Positions 11,746 to 22,757 of a DNA stretch of 46,593 nucleotides are shown one piece after another. The first letter of the stretch is position 1. The number at the start of each line of letters is the position of its first letter. The notes beneath the pieces are model-generated. The model was not told the origin of the DNA, ran no database searches, and saw only the letters and a list, made by a program, of their open reading frames with translations. The position numbers and the translations under genes were made by a program. Source of the DNA: Rhizodiscina lignyota (taxonomy: Eukaryota); contig ML978124.1 in the NCBI GenBank assembly GCA_010015805.1, forward strand, positions 2,542,001 through 2,588,593, given 5' to 3'.

Positions 11746-13364
11746 ATGGGAGTCAGCTTTCCAATAGACATTGCACCCGACTGCCCGTTCGGTCATCATA
11801 ATATTCCATTCGGCATATTCAGCACAGCTTCGGATGTCGGACTCGGAGTGAGTACCAACCAATACCTTGAAGGACCTAAAAGAGAAGCCAAGCTGATGAG
11901 TTTCCTTACAGAATCAACGGCGAGCGGGTGTCGCAATTGGAAATTTCGTTTTGGAGCTCGACGTACTCGCCAAACACGGATTCTTCGAGGGAACGACGCT
12001 TTCAAGACCCCTGGGGGATGTGTTTCTATCTGTACGTTGACACCTGTTCCGTACAGAATCCCTGGACACCTTGGGGAGAACGATGAGAACTTATCACTGA
12101 CACTCAGCCTGCAGACAGATCTTAATGCATTCGCCACATTTCCAGCAGCAGATCGGAGAGCGGTTCGCACCACCATCGTAGAGAATCTGACAAATGGCTC
12201 TTCCGCTCTCTACAAAGACGATGCCCTCAATACTGCAGCATTTGTACCCCTTGGCAAAATACAGATGCACCTCCCGATGACCATTACTGACTACACGGAC
12301 TTCTTCTGCTCCCTTGTTCATGCGGAGAACGTGAGTTTCATTTATACCCTTTAGTTCTATCATGCACTAACACTTCTGATAGGCATTACGTCTTTTAAGT
12401 CTTCCAGTTCCGCAGGCCTTTTATGAGTATCCTATGGGATACAACGGTCGAATATCATCCATCGCTGTGTCGAATACTGACGTTGTCCGACCGAGGGGAT
12501 TTTTCAGGAGTCCAGGTACGGACCACCCCATATATCAACCAACTCAACAACTCGACTTTGAAGTTGAATTTGGTGCCTTCCTCGCCTCGCCTGTAGAGGC
12601 AGGGAAAAACGTAACGGCCAGGGAAGCAGAAGACTTGATATTTGGCTATGTCCTTCTCAACGACTGGTCATCGAGAGATATACAGAAATATGAGATGCAT
12701 CCATTTGGGCCGTTCCATTCGAAAAGCTTCCTTACCAGCATATCTGCTTGGGTTGTGATGCCCGAAGCAATGAGCAACTGCCCGTGCAGAGCGCCTCCTT
12801 CACTTTCCAGCCAGATCTCACCAACGCTGGAAGTTGATGACGCAAACCATGGCCTACACGACGTCCAATTCTCCGTGAAAGTATCTCGTAAGTCGGTGAA
12901 CTTGTCTCTCTCTGATCGAACACTAACTATCGAGATCTCAGGCAAGGGAGCACAGGACGTTGACATTGTTCGCTCGAACTTGGCAGATGCGTTCTGGAGC
13001 CATTACCAAATGATCGCTTATCAGTCTTCGTCTGGGTGTGGTATGTCCACAGGTGACTTGCTTGGTAGCGGAACTCTCTCATCTCCGGTTAGTACTTGTA
13101 CAAACTTCGTGTAATTTATGCACAGCTGATATTCTGGCATCTTTCTAGCCTGATAAAATCCAAGAAGACAGCAAGGTCGCGGGCAACGGTTGTCTCGCAG
13201 AGATCTTGGCGTGCAAGCACATTCTTCCTGACGTTGGTGGCCGACCGATGCAATGGCTGGAAGATGGAGATGGTTTGACGATAGAGGGATGGTTCACGGC
13301 GGCGGATGGAACAAAGGCTGGCTTTGGTGGTGTTACCGGTCTTGTAGTGCCTGCAGTACTCTAG
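11746..13364 (+). CDS. Fumarylacetoacetase (FAH) paralogue, multi-exon
   Basis: Motifs PFGHHNIPFGIFS, GVAIG, DYTDF, YNGRISS, LDFEVE, NDWSSRDIQ, GPF.SKSF, GDLLGSGT and WLEDGD. Stop TAG at 13362-13364. Confidence 0.9.
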
Positions 13365-14246
13365 GTGGACTTGGATCAAATGCATTGGCGCCATACGTGG
13401 TCGTTTCACGAAATCGGCTTTCAACGGAAGTTGCTACCCCTCCTGGCCGACCCCGAGCACCATTTAGCCATCCATGAATATCTTCTGCAGACATTCACCA
13501 AATCCATTCCGTGAAATCAGTGCTCAGCCTGAGATCTCAACTCCTTGTAAGACCGGAGCGGGTCATGTGACCCGGGCCGGCCCCTGACATCCATCGGAGT
13601 TCCACAAACGTTCTTCTCAGCCTCCACAAACTTCTCCAGCTTTCTCCAAGGTCACCATGTGCATCCACAGCCCCCCTTGATCGCGGATTTTGTCGCGGTA
13701 GTGGTCTCAGCCTTGTCGCACATGATTCTGCAGCAATATGTCGGCTGATCAAGAATGCAGATGTTGAGCATGAGTCACCCTGAATTCGACCGACCCTTTC
13801 CTCCGCCATCTTCCAAGTGTGCGCTCCCGTAGCCTCTTCATTAATTATCCAAGTTATGTCGCGTTCTCAAGCTCGGTGTATCCCAAATTCAGCCCGCATG
13901 CTTCTCTTCCACGCCATTTGGGCGGCACAGCACTTAGCATACAGTCTAAGAGACCGGTCCGGTGACTCTTAGCCACTTCCTTCAGTCTCAAGTTTCCATT
14001 AGTGCCCAATCCGACCACTTGAATACAAGGTATGCCATATACATTCATGACCTACGGACACAGGCAAACCACTGTCAACAATGAGGTCGGGCCGCGGTTC
14101 GCAATCGTGTCTTCTTTCCCCTTCCTCCGTGATATCACACTGGGTCTTCATTTTTATGTCCCGTTCTGCTATCTTATTTGTCTCCGCAACTGTCTGCTCG
14201 GTTCATACTCGATTTTGTCACTGGAGGGCATACACAGGCAAACATA

Positions 14247-15474
14247 ATGACTGCACAGAATACTCTCGATTCAATCGAAGACGCGATCCAGCATGAGCGG
14301 GCGCGACGCAGCACCACAAGGGCGGTTGGAGAGGAACTGTTCGATCCTCATATCTACGACGACCAGGAAGATCCTCACCGTGCTGCGCACGAGGATGTCG
14401 ATGTCGATGTCAAGGTCAGCATATCCACTTGGATCACAATCCTCTTCATCAATTTCACATTTCAGTCATCTTTGATCTCCACGCTCCTCACCGTGTTTCC
14501 TATAATTGTGCTAATTACTCTGGAGCTCCAAGGATCGACACTGAGCTCCAACTGGATGGCTTCTGCCGACCTTTGTCCGGGAGCTTGGCTTTTGCAATTG
14601 CGGGCCAGTTGAGTGACTGCTTTGAAGGTTTGGCCGCCGACATATCCTCTTGTGCGGTCAGAAATTTCTCATTGTTGGCCACATCGTTGGTGCCACTTCA
14701 CACAGCGTCGGGTAGAGCATCGCGGCAATGACGATACTTGGTCTGGGAACTGGGACAACGCTTGTGTAAGTTGGCATTGCTTAGTGGGCGACATTTATAT
14801 CGGCTTTCGAATTTCACTTAAGATTTGCAGAGTTTATCTTGGCACCAAGGGCACCTCGGAGCTGCTCCCGAACGAGTATCGCTCCGTTGATCTGCATCTA
14901 CAGAGGTGCAGCTTCTCGTTTTCAGTACCTTTGGGCCCTTAAAGTTAATTGCACGCTCGCTATTTAACAACACAACATGGTGATGGCTCTATTATATTGG
15001 TCTGATCGCAGGTCGGTGCTTTCAAATAGAATGGCCGACTCCATCCCTCGCAGGGCGGCCGACGCCGTGATTGCTTTGGGTTTTACTGTCGACCGTATTC
15101 CTTCTCTTGTCGTGGCGTGGCACCAGGAGAGCCATCACAGCTTTTTGGCATCCATATTCGAATTGTTCAAGCTGCCGACGAAGCTGTTAGATGGGAATAC
15201 ACCGACGCTTTCAAGGTTGTGTGGCTAGTGTCGATACCCTTGGGTGGTAGCTCTCTTTTTCGCGGATATTGTTCGAAACCCGTTGCCATATTTTACAAAT
15301 CACACTGCTGTCACTACGGAGAAAGAAAACATGAAGCTACGAGATTGGCGAGGTAAGCAAGTAGCTAAGCAAGGAGATGGTAGTAAGTTTAGCCCGGATA
15401 TGTTGGGGAATGAGCACATCGAAGACACCGGTGCCTACAAATACAACCGCCCGAAATCATTGGTTAGTCATTGA
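14247..15474 (+). pseudogene. Degenerate TRI12-like (fungal trichothecene efflux pump family) MFS transporter relic
   Basis: N-terminal fragments (DPHRAA...STWITILF, NWMASA, AFAIAGQLSD) and C-terminal fragments (YTDAFKVVWLVSIP, YFTNHTAV) lie in different frames. The span is far too short for a 14-TM protein, implying frameshifts and an internal deletion. Confidence 0.6.
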
Positions 15475-15617
15475 ATAGTGTAACAATATCCCAAAACAAC
15501 TCTTTACAGAATCCACCATGCCAGGACTTAGATAAAGGAGCGAGGAAGGAATTGTTCACCGGGGTCACTTGGACAATTGCGGAGCGGAGGTTCATTACTT
15601 CTTTAGGAATATGGTTA

Positions 15618-15702
15618 TTCGTTAAATGGTAGGCCACGAGGCTTGGCGCGAACACCAGACGCGTTTCTAAGCGATTTCTTATATAATCGCGTCTGTATCT
15701 CG
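15618..15702 (+). repeat. Left terminal inverted repeat (85 bp)
   Basis: TTCGTTAAATGGTAGGCCACGAGGCTTGGCGCGAACACCAGACGCG... is the reverse complement of 19078-19162, with two transition mismatches. Confidence 0.95.
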
Positions 15703-15840
15703 CAACGCATATGGTTTAAAGGTATTATTTAAATACTAAAAATTAATTCCTGGTTCTAAGTGTATACCTACGCGGTTTTTCTGTTATTAAGGGTATTTTA
15801 ATCCTACTATAGGCCTTTATAAATGCCTTACTTAAAATAT

Positions 15841-17535
15841 ATGCCTATAATAATTACCTTAGTTAACGATACTACTACTATTCTAAGTACTATACGTACT
15901 AATAATTAGAGAGATAGTAAAGAGGAAGAGGAGGAGGGTACTAAGGAGGATAAATATAAAAGTAGTACTAAAAATAAGGCTAAAGATACTAGTAAAACTA
16001 AATTAGACGATATTATAGTAGTTAAAAGTACTTCTCCTCCTATTTTAAGTAGCCTACCTATATCTACTATACCTCTTTTATCTTTTACTATACTATTAAC
16101 TTAAATATAAAGATCTTTACGCCTTTTAAAGCCTTCTAAAAAGCGTATTACTAATAATAATAAACCTATATAGACTTAAGAGCTAAGCTAATAGAAAGGC
16201 TATAAAAAAGGTTAGAAAACGACTTAGAAAACAACTTAAAAAAAGACTATAAAGTAGACTATAAAGTAGACTATAAAATAGACTATAAAATAGACTATAA
16301 AGCTAGCTACGAACTTAGTACCCTTACTAATTAGGTAGCTCTTAAAACGATATAAATCTTTAAAGTTAGTTAACTCTCTTAAATATCTATATATAAATAT
16401 CGATATAAAGATCTTACTAAGTATAGTAGTTAAGTAGGCGTTAGATAAATTTACTTTTAAGTGTATATAGCTTATAAAGGTATATAAGCTTAATAGCTAT
16501 AAAAAGAAGTAAATAAAAGACTTTATAGTAGCCTTTTAAGAGGAGTAGAGTATAAATATTAAGAAGTATAATCTAGCTATAAAGATTATAGTATTAATAA
16601 ATAGTAAAGGTATAAAGACTAATAAGTTTACGTATTTTAATAATAAATAGGTTTACTTATAAGACCTTATTCAAAATTATAATTCGTATAGTAGGAAGGA
16701 TATTATAGTCGAATTCTCGTACATATTTACGAGCCTAGATTTAGAATTTATAAAAGAGAACTATATTAAGCTTATAAAGGTAGGACTAGTATTAAAGTAG
16801 TTATCTAAATTAAAAAAGACTTTAAGTAGTAGTAGGACTTTAATAATAAAGTAGTAAAAGACTTTAATAGTATAAATAGTAGAGAATATAACTATTATAG
16901 CTAAAGAATTAAAGCTTTTCTTTAGTAAGTAGGCCTACTTTACTACTAGTTATAAGAATTATAAGAGAGGACTATACTAAAGAGAACTAGATATAAATAA
17001 CGATAATCCTTAGTATTACTACTTAATTAGCCTAAATATAAGATGTTACTAGGTATTTTAAATTGCTTTTAAAAAGGTATTAGCTAAAGAACCTTTTTTA
17101 GTAACTGTAAAACGACTTTTAGTAGCTAGAAATAGCGTTAAAAACTACCTTATTAAGTAGTAGCCTTTATAGTAGCTATAAGTAGTTAGATTTCCTCTAT
17201 TCTAGCTATTTATATTCTTTAAGGTATTATAAGCACTTATATAAACTATAAAGTAGTAGTAGTAATTATAACCTCTTTAATTAAGTCTTATATAACTTAA
17301 TAATAACGCTAAGGTATAGCTTAAGCGCTTTTTTAAGTATATAAAAGAGTAGCCTACATTTTAAAAGTATAAAGTATAGCTAATAGCGATTAAAATAGTA
17401 CTAAATAAAGAATAATACGACTTAAAATACTTATAGAATAAGGTAAGAGAAGACTAATAAATAGAGTAAAGCTTTAAGAATAGAATACTATACTATTTAA
17501 GGCGTTAGATTCGCCTATTTAAGAACTATAATTAG
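15841..17535 (+). pseudogene. RIP-degraded second ORF inside the transposon (about 560 codons, unknown function)
   Basis: One frame from ATG 15841 reads as protein-like throughout (EEEEEG acidic tract, RKDIIVEFSYIF), interrupted by TAA/TAG codons derivable from CAA/CAG/TGG. A reconstructable W-x-C-x4-C-x-N...C-W...H motif lies at about 16930-17020. Confidence 0.6.
16245..16301 (+). repeat. 12-bp tandem repeat (GACTATAAARTA, about 4.5 copies) within transposon ORF2
   Basis: Directly visible. The unit length is a multiple of 3, consistent with an ancestral 4-aa coding repeat. Confidence 0.8.
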
Positions 17536-17736
17536 TTAAATTTCGACTCGTAAAATACTTTATATTTATCTATATAATATCCCTTATAAATTTAGTATAG
17601 TCTTACATTTATCTTAATAGCAATTTATATCGAAAAGTACGAAAATTAAGCGCTTTTTCTATTTTCCTACGAAAGTTTCTTATATCTATATAACGACCAT
17701 AAATTTTAGAGGAGGCGAAGTTAATTTTCTTAGTAA

Positions 17737-17987
17737 ATTACTAACAAACTATAAGGGTAGTAAATAATTAGGAGTATATAGCTAAAATAGGCTTTTAAAG
17801 CTATTTTAGGGCTAAATTTACATTTTTCTAAGCTTAAATCGATATTTTTTTCGTTTCCCCATTAAATTAATTAATCTTATTTACCTTTAGTAAATCTTAG
17901 ATAAGGTAAGGTTAGTTTTATTAGGGATTTACTAACAAACTGTAAAGGTAGTAAATAATTAGGAATCTAGACGAAAATAGGCTTTAA
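17737..17987 (+). repeat. Pair of about 60-bp imperfect direct repeats between the two convergent transposon ORFs
   Basis: TTACTAACAAACTRTAARGGTAGTAAATAATTAGGA...AAAATAGGCTTT at about 17738-17797 and 17929-17987. Confidence 0.7.
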
Positions 17988-18109
17988 TAAGAGTCTTAGA
18001 CTATATTTCGAGTAAAATTCAATTTTAATTCCTTAAATTATCTTAATTACTAATAAAATTAAGTATAGCTAAGATAGAATTAGAGTAATTTATTAGATAC
18101 TTTTTATTA

Positions 18110-19050
18110 TATATCTTACCTTCTAAAAATATCCCCTATAGGCCTTAAGACTAGCTACTTACTATATACTATCTACTAAAAACTAGCTAAAAGACTTATA
18201 AGCCTATACCTTATTACTATACTACTTAATCTACTACTTTAATTTATTAAAGCTATACTTTATTAGGTTAAAATCTAGGCTATATAGTAGTAGAAACTCT
18301 ATAATTACGCTAGCTACCTTATATAGCTTAATAAAGCGTATATTCTTATAGATTAAGTAGTTATCTATAATTAAAATAGACTTTTCTAGCGTTATATATA
18401 GTAGTATAAAGTATTTAACCTATTCTATAAATACCTCTTAAAGTACTAAACTTTTAGTTACTAATATACTAAGAAGATAGCTATTAATACTTATAGTAGG
18501 GTATATACTCTATTACTTACCTCTACTTAAAGAGCTTTTATTCCTAGCTAGTATACTAATATAACTTTATATAAACCTTTAAATACTAGTCTTTCTATTT
18601 ATAGCGCTTTTATTAATAAAGATAAGGTATACTACTATATTACTACCTTCTAAGACTAGCCTTTCCTTTCTAGTATACTATATATATTCTATACTTTTAT
18701 ATTAATATTATACTTAAATAATATATAGTCTTTAACTTTATTAATATATGCTTTTAGTTAGTAATTAAAGTAGTTAAGAATTGCCTATATTATATCTTAA
18801 TTAGCTATACGACCTTAATACTATATACTAAGTATTATAAACTTCCTTTTCTATAATAGTAAAGAATCTAAGCCTTCTTAAAGTACGTATAGTAAGAGGA
18901 TAAGAGGTCCTAAATAGTTTAAGAGTAAGGCGAATACGCCGAATAGTATGCGTAGAGTACTTAGACTTACTTATAATACGCGCTAGTTCGAAATCAAGCT
19001 CTAATAAATTTATAATTCTATTAACCTTCTATAGCGCAATTCTTAGAGGT
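18110..19050 (-). pseudogene. RIP-degraded Tc1/IS630-like DD34E transposase
   Basis: Minus-strand reading LIFINKSA (ancestral LIFIDESA, codon 18612-18614), SILIIDNYLIYK (SILIMDNCSIHK, D at 18363-18365) and EFLLLYSLDFNLIK (EFLPPYSPDFNPIE, E at 18258-18260). All are in one frame with exactly 34 residues between D2 and E. N-terminal HTH-like TIRRIR...LF(G)T.YP...(G)R(P)R. Ends are approximate. Confidence 0.85.
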
Positions 19051-19077
19051 ATTATAAGGTAAGATATAACGTTATTA

Positions 19078-19162
19078 CGAGATATAGACGCGATTATATG
19101 AGAAATCGCTTAGAAACGCGTCTGGTGTTCGCGCCAAGCCTCGTGGCCTACCATTTAACGAA
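19078..19162 (-). repeat. Right terminal inverted repeat (85 bp)
   Basis: Reverse complement of 15618-15702. Confidence 0.95.
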
Positions 19163-20081
19163 TAATAGTACATATCGTGTCTTTTCTCCCGAAGATCTGC
19201 CTTGAAAACACCTCTCCTCGAACGACAGGACGACCGATCTGTTTGTGATGACTGTCCTTTGGTCGCCCGTCAGAGTTTTTGATGACTTTACCATCCCGAT
19301 TATCCTCCATTTAGCTCCATTTGCTAAGTCACGACGACATGGCCTCTATGTACACGCACCCGCCCTCCCCGGAACTCGAACATAACCCCTGAGACATCCA
19401 CCTGTGCACCTTCAACATTCCGCTCTTCTGGTGGCCTACAGTTGAATGAGGTCATCTATATATGATGTATCCTTTATTTCGAGGAAGACACCCTTTCTGA
19501 ATGTGAATGTGCAATTAATATGGACCGTTCATCTCAACAGAGAGGCTTGGGCTTCTCCTGGCACCACTATTGTAGGCCCTAGAATTAAATTTCACAGCTC
19601 ATGATGACCCCATCAGTGCGTTCATGAATACACTTCTCATACATAAAAAGCTGACTGCTGCACGTTTCCTACTGTAGTGAAACTATAGCATAACTACGCT
19701 TCTCATGTCCTCGATCCGAGCGAGCCTCAAGTCTCCTTCACGAAAGCCACATTTGCTCCACGAACGAATAAGTTATTTTGCCTCAACAGCGAATGGAATA
19801 CCAAGGCACTGTACACCATGTGGATACCCGAAAATTAACGCATGCTGAAGCCAGTCCCAAGAGTCGGTAAGGATAAACGAGCTGAAATATCGGCGCAATA
19901 CCAGCGCGTTGTGTTGGCCATTATTCAAACGCCGTCGATGCTGCAATTGTCTACCGTTGAGATATATACAACTCTTCTGTCCGCAGTGAGCGGCTTTTTG
20001 TTAAGGAAAGCAGTGAACAGAGAACTGACCATACGCTTGGAACCGCCACCGGTTACTGAGAGCATGGGTGCACATCAACGA

Positions 20082-20635
20082 TCATAACTTCGACCGGTCA
20101 GGATCCTGCTCACCGCCTTTTAATAAACGCTGAAGAGGTTCCTTGATCCATGCAGGCACACCCTCGTCCGTCACCTTGTTCGTTGCTCGCTCCACCCATA
20201 TCTGGATGAAACCGCCCACGGCCTTGACCTGCTCACTTCCTTCTTGGAAGATTCCCACTTCATACATCACACTGCTCTTTCCCATCTTCACGACTCTCAG
20301 TCCAATGTCCAACATTCCGGGATACTGTGCAGAGCCGAAGTAGTCGCAGTACGTGTTCGCGACCAGGCCGATATACTTCGACTCGGCGGTGCTGTATCCG
20401 CATTTGGTGATGAGATACGAGTTGATGATTGAATCGATCAGCACGCCGTAGACTGGATTATTGATATGATGGAACATGTCATTATCGTTCCTAAATCGTG
20501 TCTCAGTAATGCGATTTGGCGCACGCGACTTAATATTGAATCGCACCATCTTGTCCGATAATCTTCATGATACGGATAATCGCTTCGCTTTCGTTTCCTT
20601 TTTGAAGTCAAGTCCACCCCAAGAGATTGTGCCAT
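20082..20635 (-). CDS. Hotdog-fold acyl-CoA thioesterase (4HBT-like) with C-terminal SKL; one intron
   Basis: Spliced YRTRW-NDNDMFHHINNPVY motif, G.SSV.YEVGIF, and C-terminus DRSKL (PTS1). Confidence 0.85.
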
Positions 20636-21169
20636 TTTATCAGTTTATGAAATTTTAGAAAATCATAAAAGTATTGTCGTCCTCAACAGTCGATCCGGCA
20701 GCGGCTCTTGTGAGCCCCACGTTCCGTCGTTGCCTCGGCTTTTCGCGACACCGCCGAACTTGATTATTTTTACAAGCCTTGGGCTTGGAAGCAACTGATC
20801 ATTAAACAGGAGGCAATATAAAAGGCACAAAGTACTAATCGAACATCTAACCTTGTCAGTGCTATCACTGGCCCTCGAGTGAGCTCTACCCCCTCTCTGC
20901 TGCGGAAGAGCGGGAAAATATCTGGATGCTTGTCTTAAACGCAGCTCCTTGGCTCCGGTAACACCCCTGAATCAGGAAGGTATTGTCATTGATGGAGCGG
21001 ATTGCATATCTTGTGCATTTAGTTGTCTCGTTCTGTTTAGCAAGGAGAGGAGACGTGCACTCTCCTTGAGCTCCCTCAACATGAACAGATTGCGGCTCTC
21101 TGATTTCCTTCGTTTCATATCACATTCCCACATTTCCCAGACTCATTCGAAACTTGCACGTATTGAAAG

Positions 21170-22291
21170 ATGTACAAACTGATCTGCGTCATCGGCGCAA
21201 CCGGCAACCAGGGCGGTTCTGTCGCACGACGATTCCTGAAGGATCCTGAGTACCACGTTCGAGGAATAACGCGCAATCCGCATTCACCAGCAGCACAACA
21301 GCTTGCCGAAGTAGGAGTTGAGATTGTGCAAGCAGATCTGGACGATGTGAAGAGCTTGGAGTCTGCATTCGCCGGAGCTCACGTCATATTCAGTGTCACC
21401 AATTTCTGGGAGCCGTTTTTCCGTCCTGATTGTCGCACAAACGCACAAGAGCTTGGAATCAGTTGCAACAAGTACGCTTACAATGTTGAACTTCAACAAG
21501 GAAAGAACATAGCCGATGCTGTTGCCACTACTATTGACTCCCTGGCATCGAATGGCTTTCTTGTTTCCACATTGAGCCATGCGCGGAAGTGCAGTGGTGG
21601 AGCATTTCAGGAAGCGTACCATTTCGATGCAAAGGCGGACGTATTCCCATACTACGTACAAGAACATTACCCAGCGCTGGCAAAGAAGATGTCATGCATC
21701 CAAACTGGATTCTTCACTTCGAGCTACAAGCTCTTACCAACTGCGTACCTCGCAAAGGTCTGGGTGCCGCCGTCCATCACGTAACAATCTCGGTCTGTGA
21801 AGCTGACAATGTCCCAGCTTCCGGACGATAGCTTTCAAATGAGTTTCACTACCGATCCCGACAAGCCGGTTCCACATCTCGCTGTCAACGCCGATACCGG
21901 CAATTTCGTCTACGCTGTCGCAAAGATGCCTCCTGGGAAGCAATACATGGCCGAAGGCTCGACATGCAGCTGGAGCGAGTATATTAGGATATGGGGCAAA
22001 GTCACAGGTATGAAGGTCTCGTACAAGCAGATCACCTCGGACGAACTTGTCGCCGTGGTACCGGATAAAGCATTTGGGCGAGAAGTTGCCGACATGTTCT
22101 CGTATTCTTCAGATCCTGGGTATGACGGTGGAGTGAACTTGCTCACAGCCAGAGACATTCGCGACGTAAGTCTTCACTTTGCTTTAACGGATTGTGAACT
22201 GACGATGAAGGCTGGCATTGACTGTCCGATGACGAGTCTGGAAGACTGGATGAAGGAAGAAGATTGGAACGCAATACTAATCAATGAATGA
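21170..22291 (+). CDS. NmrA-like NAD(P)-binding protein (atypical SDR), two introns
   Basis: Motifs VIGATGNQGGSV, RGITRNP, ADLDD, FSVTNFWE, QGKNIADA and HFDAKA. Confidence 0.9.
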
Positions 22292-22757
22292 TATCGGCGC
22301 TTGAAATGAAATAAAACGGCTCGTCTACAACTTCGCCGCTCTCGTTATCGCGATATGTCAAGAAGCGGTAACAGCCTCAAGAGTCAAGCTAAGCTGTTCC
22401 ACGGCGCGGAGTATTCAATATATGCACAGGGCCACAACAGAATGCAGCGGGAAAGCTGTCGAGCTATCAATTGCTTGGCCTAGCGTCTTTTAGTCTTCTC
22501 CCTCATTCGCTTAAGCGGCGTGCTATCAGCAGTAATCATCATTTCATCTCAAACAAGTTTTCTGGCAATTCAAATCCTCCAACATTGATACAACGTTGCC
22601 CCAAACCGCCTGCGTTGTATTAATTGGCAGCGCATTTGGAGACAGCTAATCCTTTCTGGTTTCTACATTCGCCACTTGACTTCTTGCTCTCGAACTCCTG
22701 TTCGCCGCAGTACAATTTTATCCATCCCGGTTCATTAAGCGTACGATGGCGCTCATA

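Larger units (their letters stand above)
15618..19162. mobile_element. RIP-inactivated Tc1/mariner-superfamily (DD34E) DNA transposon, about 3.55 kb, with TA target-site duplication
   Basis: 85-bp terminal inverted repeats (83/85 identical) flanked by TA at 15616-15617 and 19163-19164. The interior is very AT-rich, with TpA excess and CpA/TpG depletion. A transposase relic lies on the minus strand. Confidence 0.92.

Noticed and set aside
13400..14200. ORFs between the FAH gene and the MFS relic
   Set aside because: No recognisable homology in any frame. A decayed gene is possible but cannot be supported.
16245..16301. Short tandem repeats as a CRISPR-like array
   Set aside because: The 12-bp units are head to tail with no spacers, the context is eukaryotic, and they lie inside a transposon ORF relic.
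15700..19080. AT-rich block as horizontally acquired, organellar or centromeric DNA
   Set aside because: TpA excess with CpA/TpG loss, bounding TIRs and a recoverable transposase explain it as a RIP-mutated transposon.
15615..19165. hAT, Mutator or PIF/Harbinger assignment for the TIR element
   Set aside because: No 8-9 bp direct duplication flanks the TIRs, and TTA/TAA are not a direct repeat. A TA duplication plus a DD34E motif indicates Tc1/mariner.
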